Both the position numbers and the translations under genes were made by a program. A stretch of DNA of 64,000 nucleotides from the human T2T-CHM13v2.0 reference genome, Homo sapiens. Positions within the stretch are counted from its first letter, which is position 1; each line of letters begins with the position of its first letter. The stretch lies in the NCBI RefSeq assembly GCF_009914755.1, contig NC_060925.1. One strand, written 5' to 3'. The notes under the pieces were generated by a model that was given only the letters and a program-made list of their open reading frames with translations, was not told the origin of the DNA and did no database searches. Positions 57,844 through 64,000 of the stretch are shown in pieces.

Positions 57844-59799
57844 ATGCTACAGACAGGAGGTGCCCAAACCCTCAGGGAAAAACATATGAGAACGCGTCAG
57901 GGTGGGGCAGCCCCTGGCGGCCTGTGGTGCTTGCAAGGCCTCCTTGGATTTGGACACTCTGGCACCCAGAACCCTAATCCAAATGAGTCTGTTCCTGTTC
58001 ATTGTAAGGCTTCCCAGTGGCAGAAACAATCAGTGTGCTCAGACATGGGAAGAGGTCAACAAAGCTCACCAAGGCCTGAACTGCCCAAGACTCTGCATGA
58101 GTGGGCAGTGGCACTAGGGAGGGGACTGAGGTGGCCAGCCTGGGAAATGGTGTGACATTGGTGGGTGGAGGATTAAAACTGAGCTAGTGGGGGCTCTCTT
58201 GCCTCCTGTCCTGGGTCCCTCTCCTCCAGCCCCTTGTCCTTTGAGACCTAGGTGGCCCTGCTCCGCACGTGTATGAGGCCCTAGGTCTCCACGGGAGGAC
58301 CACCCCACCCACCCCCTAGTGCCCCCAAGCATCCCAGCTGCTCCCAGGCTTGGAGGCACCCTGGCCAGCTGGGTTCTCGCACAGCCCTGTCCTAGGAGCT
58401 GCTGAGGCGTGAGGGAGGCAGCTGAGCTGGCCTGGCAGAGACCATCTGGGCTGGAGTGAGGGAGGGACACGTGCAGCAGGCATGTGGGCCTGGGCACGTG
58501 CTGGTAAGCTGCTTGTTACCCATGGGGCACTGGCTGTAGCATCCAGCAGAAGCTCCAAGGATAACACAGGGTGTCTGCCGACACTGAAGAGACTTGGAGG
58601 GCCAGTGTCCTCACACCCAAACCTGGGTAAAGGGGGATAGAAGTGAGGATCCCATGGTAGGGGCCAGTGCCTGCTCCATGCATGCCAGGGCACAAATAGA
58701 GCAGCAGAAGCCACGGAGAACTGGGATGGTCCAAGTGCATGGCTCACACACACGCCCCTTAACATCCTCTCTTCTGATCTACCAGGGTATCCAAAGAAGA
58801 ACCCTGTCAGAATGAAGCTTCCTTAGTTACTAGCCATAGGAAGACACAGAAGACACAAATGTGCTGACTGGGCTGCCTGTGTTAGAAGAGACGGGGCTCA
58901 GCAGGGACCAGCTGCCCTATGCACCTCAGAGGCTGTGTCTAGAGACAAGCACTGAATGGAGGTGGCTTCAGTCCCAAACTGGAACCCAAGAATAGAGTGG
59001 AGTACTCCAAGGTCATCAGCAGAACTGAAAAGGAAGCAGGAATAGAATCTCCAAGCAACCACTGGGGGTGCCCATGGGACAGATGCTATGGGCCTCAAAC
59101 GCAGCAACAGTGGGCAAAAGCCAAAGGGCAGAGAGCGGGGAGGAGAGCGAGCCCCAGCTATCTTTAGGCACATCCTGGTGCTGGGAACAGGAGTCCCAAG
59201 GCAGCATTCCCATCCATAGACAGGCTGGCCGGGCCGACCGGCAGAGCACAGTCCGGGAAGCTCAGCTCAGGCAGGGACTCTGGGACACTGGGAGCCATGC
59301 CCTCTGTGCTGCTCACATCTCTCCTGCCTGCCCTCCTCCCAGTCCTTCCAGGTCACTCCAGAGAAGAAAGAGCAACCAGGGAGGACTCAGAGGTTTCATG
59401 GGGCTCAGAATCTCCATGGTAGGAAGGGGCAGGGCCACACCCCGCTTCTTATCACAAGCCCATGGCAATTCCAAGACTTCTCCAGGAAAGGTGGGGCCAT
59501 GTTTGGGTTCTCAGATGGGATTCACCCCTAGCAAGTGTTCAGGTCATAAGATCTCCATCTGGGCCCATTTCTGAGCACCCAGATTTCAGGAATCTCAGGA
59601 ATACTTTCAGGAGCTTGGTTCAATCAGACTTGCTCCAATCAGTCAATCAGTAGGGGGCTAGACCAGAGCTGGCCTGAGGGTTGGGGCCAGGGGTTGGATG
59701 CTGGAGGTTCAGAACAGGGCCAGATAGAAGATCCTGAGCTTGGAGCAGAACCACCGGTTCTCTCCCACAAACTGCTGTTTTTTAATTTTTCTTTCTTTC

Positions 59800-60101
59800 T
59801 TTCTTTCTTTCTTTTTTTTTTTTTTTTTTTTTTGAGACAGAGCCCTGCTCTATTGCCCAGGCTGGAGTGCAGTGGCGCTTGCCTCACTGCCACCCGGGTT
59901 CAAGTGATTTTCGTGCCACAGCCTCCCAAGTAGCTGGGATTACAGGTGCGCACCACCACATCTGGCTAATTTTTGTATTTTTAGTAGAGACAAGGTTTCA
60001 CCATGTTGGTCAGGCTGGTCTCAAACTCCTGATCTCAAGTGATCTGCCCTCCTCAGCCTCCCAAAGTGCTGGGATTACAGGCGTGAGCCACCCTGCCCAG
60101 C
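59800..60101 (-). mobile_element. Alu
   Basis: Antisense Alu with a (TTTC)n/poly(T) head. Confidence 0.9.
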
Positions 60102-60457
60102 CCAAGTTGTTCTTTTAAACCAGGTACTTTGAGTCCCAGAAATCTTTGGTGAGAGACAGGGCTCGTTTGGGGAGGGCTCAGTAGAGACACCAGGCCAATG
60201 ACTCTTTCACTAAATGAGAAAAGCAACACAGGGGATTGAAAGGATGGGAGCTGCTGAGGGAGGGACTGTCCATGCTCAGTCCCAGGTCCCCACCCCCGGC
60301 AGCCGTCCAGTCTAGCCTGTCCCCAGGGAAGATCTCAAGAGAAGGAAGACAACCATTGCCTCTGGGACAGGATTTGGCATCATTTTCTTGGTTCTTGCTT
60401 CTGGTGCTGACCTGGTCCATCCATCAGCGAGTCTTGCTCCTTCAAGAACCTCACCCA

Positions 60458-60762
60458 GGCCGGGTGCGGTGGCTCACACCTGTAATCTCAGCACTTTGGA
60501 AGGCCGAGGCGTGTGGATCACCTAAGGTCAGGAGTTTGAGACCAGCCTGGCCAACATGGTGAAACCCCGTCTCTACTAAAAATACAAAATTAGCTAGGCA
60601 TGGTGGCTCATGCCTGTAACCCCAGCTATTTGGGAGGCTGAGGCATGAGAATCGCTTGAACCCGGCAGGGGCAGAGGTTGCAGTGAGCTGAGATCACGCC
60701 ACTGCACTCTAGCCTGGGCAACAGAGTGAGACTTAGTCTCAAAAAAATTAAAAAAAATAAAA
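60458..60762 (+). mobile_element. AluS
   Basis: Degenerate TSD aagaacctcaccca / aagaatctcatcca. Confidence 0.92.
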
Positions 60763-60780
60763 AGAATCTCATCCACCCCT

Positions 60781-60845
60781 CTGTGTCTCGTGGCCTCACC
60801 ACTACCTCTCCCGTGTCTCGTGGCCTCACCACTACCTCTCCTGTG
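60781..60845. repeat. 30-bp tandem duplication (~2.2 copies)
   Basis: c(t/c)gtgtctcgtggcctcaccactacctctc occurs twice. Confidence 0.92.
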
Positions 60846-61344
60846 CTCTAAGGCTGAGGGCAAAGAAGAGCCAGGACTTGGGGAAAGGGTGGAGGGACAT
60901 TTTCTGGGAGGCCTCAGGAGAGGATTCAAAACAAAATGTTCTTTGTTACTTTTCAGACTGAGAAGGACCCAAAGAAGTGGAGAAAAACCAGGCAGGGTCT
61001 GAGGGAGGACCCCTTGATCAGCACAGACTGAAGGCGCCTGCACAGCCCCGCGTCCACTGTCCTCTCAGCATATGAGTGGCCTCCTTCTGTCTGGAGCACC
61101 TCTGTGACAAGGATGGGGCCCACACCTCCTGCCTTCTGGCAGGTCTTTGCGGGCTCTGCGGGCTTGGAGCCTGATGCTCTCTGACCTGCTAGATGAGGGG
61201 CTACCTGCCCAGGCCGGGGTCAGCTGGGCACTCAGGAGCCCTGGCAGTGCCGGCCTTCCTAAGCCTTCCAAGCAGCTGGCAGGAGGTCCTGGGGGCAGGG
61301 CTTGGGACTCCCGTTCCTTCCCGCAGTCTGGCCTCTGTACTCAC

Positions 61345-61374
61345 CAGCATCCCTTTGGCACCTTTTCCTACCAT
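61345..61374 (-). CDS. SLC6A9: GlyT1a first coding exon (exon ~61345-61459)
   Basis: Strong Kozak gccgccATGG, MVGKGAKGML, donor GTGAGT; gives 633 aa. The upstream non-coding exon was not identified in the window. Confidence 0.92.
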
Positions 61375-62547
61375 GGCGGCGGTGGGTTGGGGCTCTGGTG
61401 ACGGGGACCACACTCACAGGCTCTGCTTCCAGCGCCTTTCAGGCCACAGATCTCAAGAGCTGTGGAGAGAGCAGAGGGTGAGGTGAGGACTTGGCCGTGT
61501 GGCCCACAGGGCTCTCCAGACAGGTAGTGCCGAGCCACCCACCACCAGCCTGCCCAGGCCCTCTGCCAGGCCATGTCCATATCCTGCTCCTTTCTGGAAG
61601 ACCCTCAGATCCAGCTCCTTCCCAGTCCCCCCAACCTTTCCCCTGGATCTCTTGATCTCCAGGCTTCCTGTCCCAATGGGCAAAGGTCTATTTTTGACTT
61701 TCCAGATGCCCAATCCTATAAAAGATAAAAAATGAATACCAAACTGGGATGGAGTCCAATTCCTTCATGGTCTGTGTGAATGGCTTCAGCCTTTCCCCAG
61801 GAGGGGAATCAGCTCAGATCAGCACACTCTCCCCATCCTCACCCCAGCCAGGCAGCCAGGATGGTCCTTTCCTATCTGGGTGGCACTCAGTGTGGGCTCC
61901 AGGGCAGCTGGGTTTGTTGTCATGTCATTCACTTGAACCGAGTTCTGGGCCTGCCACACACCCATGTGCAGCCGCACCTCCTTGCACTCCCAGCTGTCCC
62001 CTCCACAGCAGTTCACCAGGTGAAATTCTACAAATCTTCGGCACTGCACCGGGCTAAATGTCACCTCTTCTCTGCAGCCTTTTCTGACCCTCTCTCTCAA
62101 AAGAATGAAAAAGTTGCTTCCTCCTTTCTGTTTTGTGCAAATCTCTACGAGTACTCTTATTTCATATGACACTTATTTGCTTATAAGTTCGTCAACTATG
62201 AGTCAGTGAGTTCCCCGAGGGCTTGGGACTGTGTTTCTTTTACCCTCTGTGCCCAGCATGTAGCACAGCACTGGACTTGCAAGATGTGTTTGTTATTTGA
62301 ATTGAAATGGAGGGAAATAGCGAAGTCGGGACCTCTGAAATGAGGGGTCCAGGCCAGCCCAGGATCTTGTGGGAAGCATGAGTGGCAAGGTGGGGCTGGC
62401 GAGCTGGGGGGCAGCAGCCACGTGGAAGGAACAGTCTCATGGCAATGCTGGTGCACACTGGATTAATGTCAGATGGGACGGAAGAAAGGTTAGTTTTTGA
62501 CAGGCCTCGGGAGAAATCCATCTTCAGACAGCCTTAAAGAGTTGCCT

Positions 62548-63118
<571 letters not shown>

Positions 63119-63412
63119 CTATGCAAATCAGGCCTTGGCATTTTTAGGCCCTTTGCCCTGGCTGCCTGGTCTCCTGCAGAGCTTCTCTTCAGGGCAGGGT
63201 GGGGACAAGATGTGACCCAGGCTGGCCTGTGGCTCAACTTGTCCTCCTAAAGAGGTTCCTGCTCATGGCTTTGGTCTTCTGGGGGCAAGTAGGGGAAGCG
63301 CGGGTGTGCTCCCTTAAAAGTAGATCACACCTTGTCCTCTCTCACCCCTGTGCCTCCCTCTCCAGGTGTAAACTCTATATTTGACTTCCTTAAAGCCATC
63401 TGTCTGCAGTCA

Positions 63413-63937
<525 letters not shown>

Positions 63938-64000
63938 TCACATGCCTTCCTTGTAAGTGCTCGAGTGAGGACTTGAACTAGGTTTTCAGACCCTACATCT

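Overview
This is primate (almost certainly human) genomic DNA, the gene-dense block I recognise as 1p34.1. On + it holds the last six exons of IPO13 and the complete DPH2, ATP6V0B, B4GALT2 and CCDC24 genes. On - it holds all coding exons of SLC6A9 (GlyT1), including the alternative a, b and c N-terminal exons. I traced exon boundaries by hand; the spliced lengths (489, 205, 372/401, 307 and 633/652/706 aa) agree with the proteins as I remember them. Interspersed repeats include about 20 Alus (several nested), MIR and L2 fragments, MER20, MER3, a MER4-group solo LTR and a 43-nt tailless 5S rRNA retrocopy. Most ORFs in the supplied track are spurious. I see no strongly supported new biological system. 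The best unexplained structures are: (1) a ~19-copy degenerate ~34-bp tandem array resembling the L2 3' end, in a SLC6A9 intron; (2) two ~95%-identical local templated duplications, one direct copy splitting a MIR and one inverted copy with hairpin junction scars; (3) an AUG-initiated poly-Gly uORF across a (GCG)9 repeat in the B4GALT2 leader; (4) interlocked poly(A) signals of the convergent CCDC24 and SLC6A9 genes.
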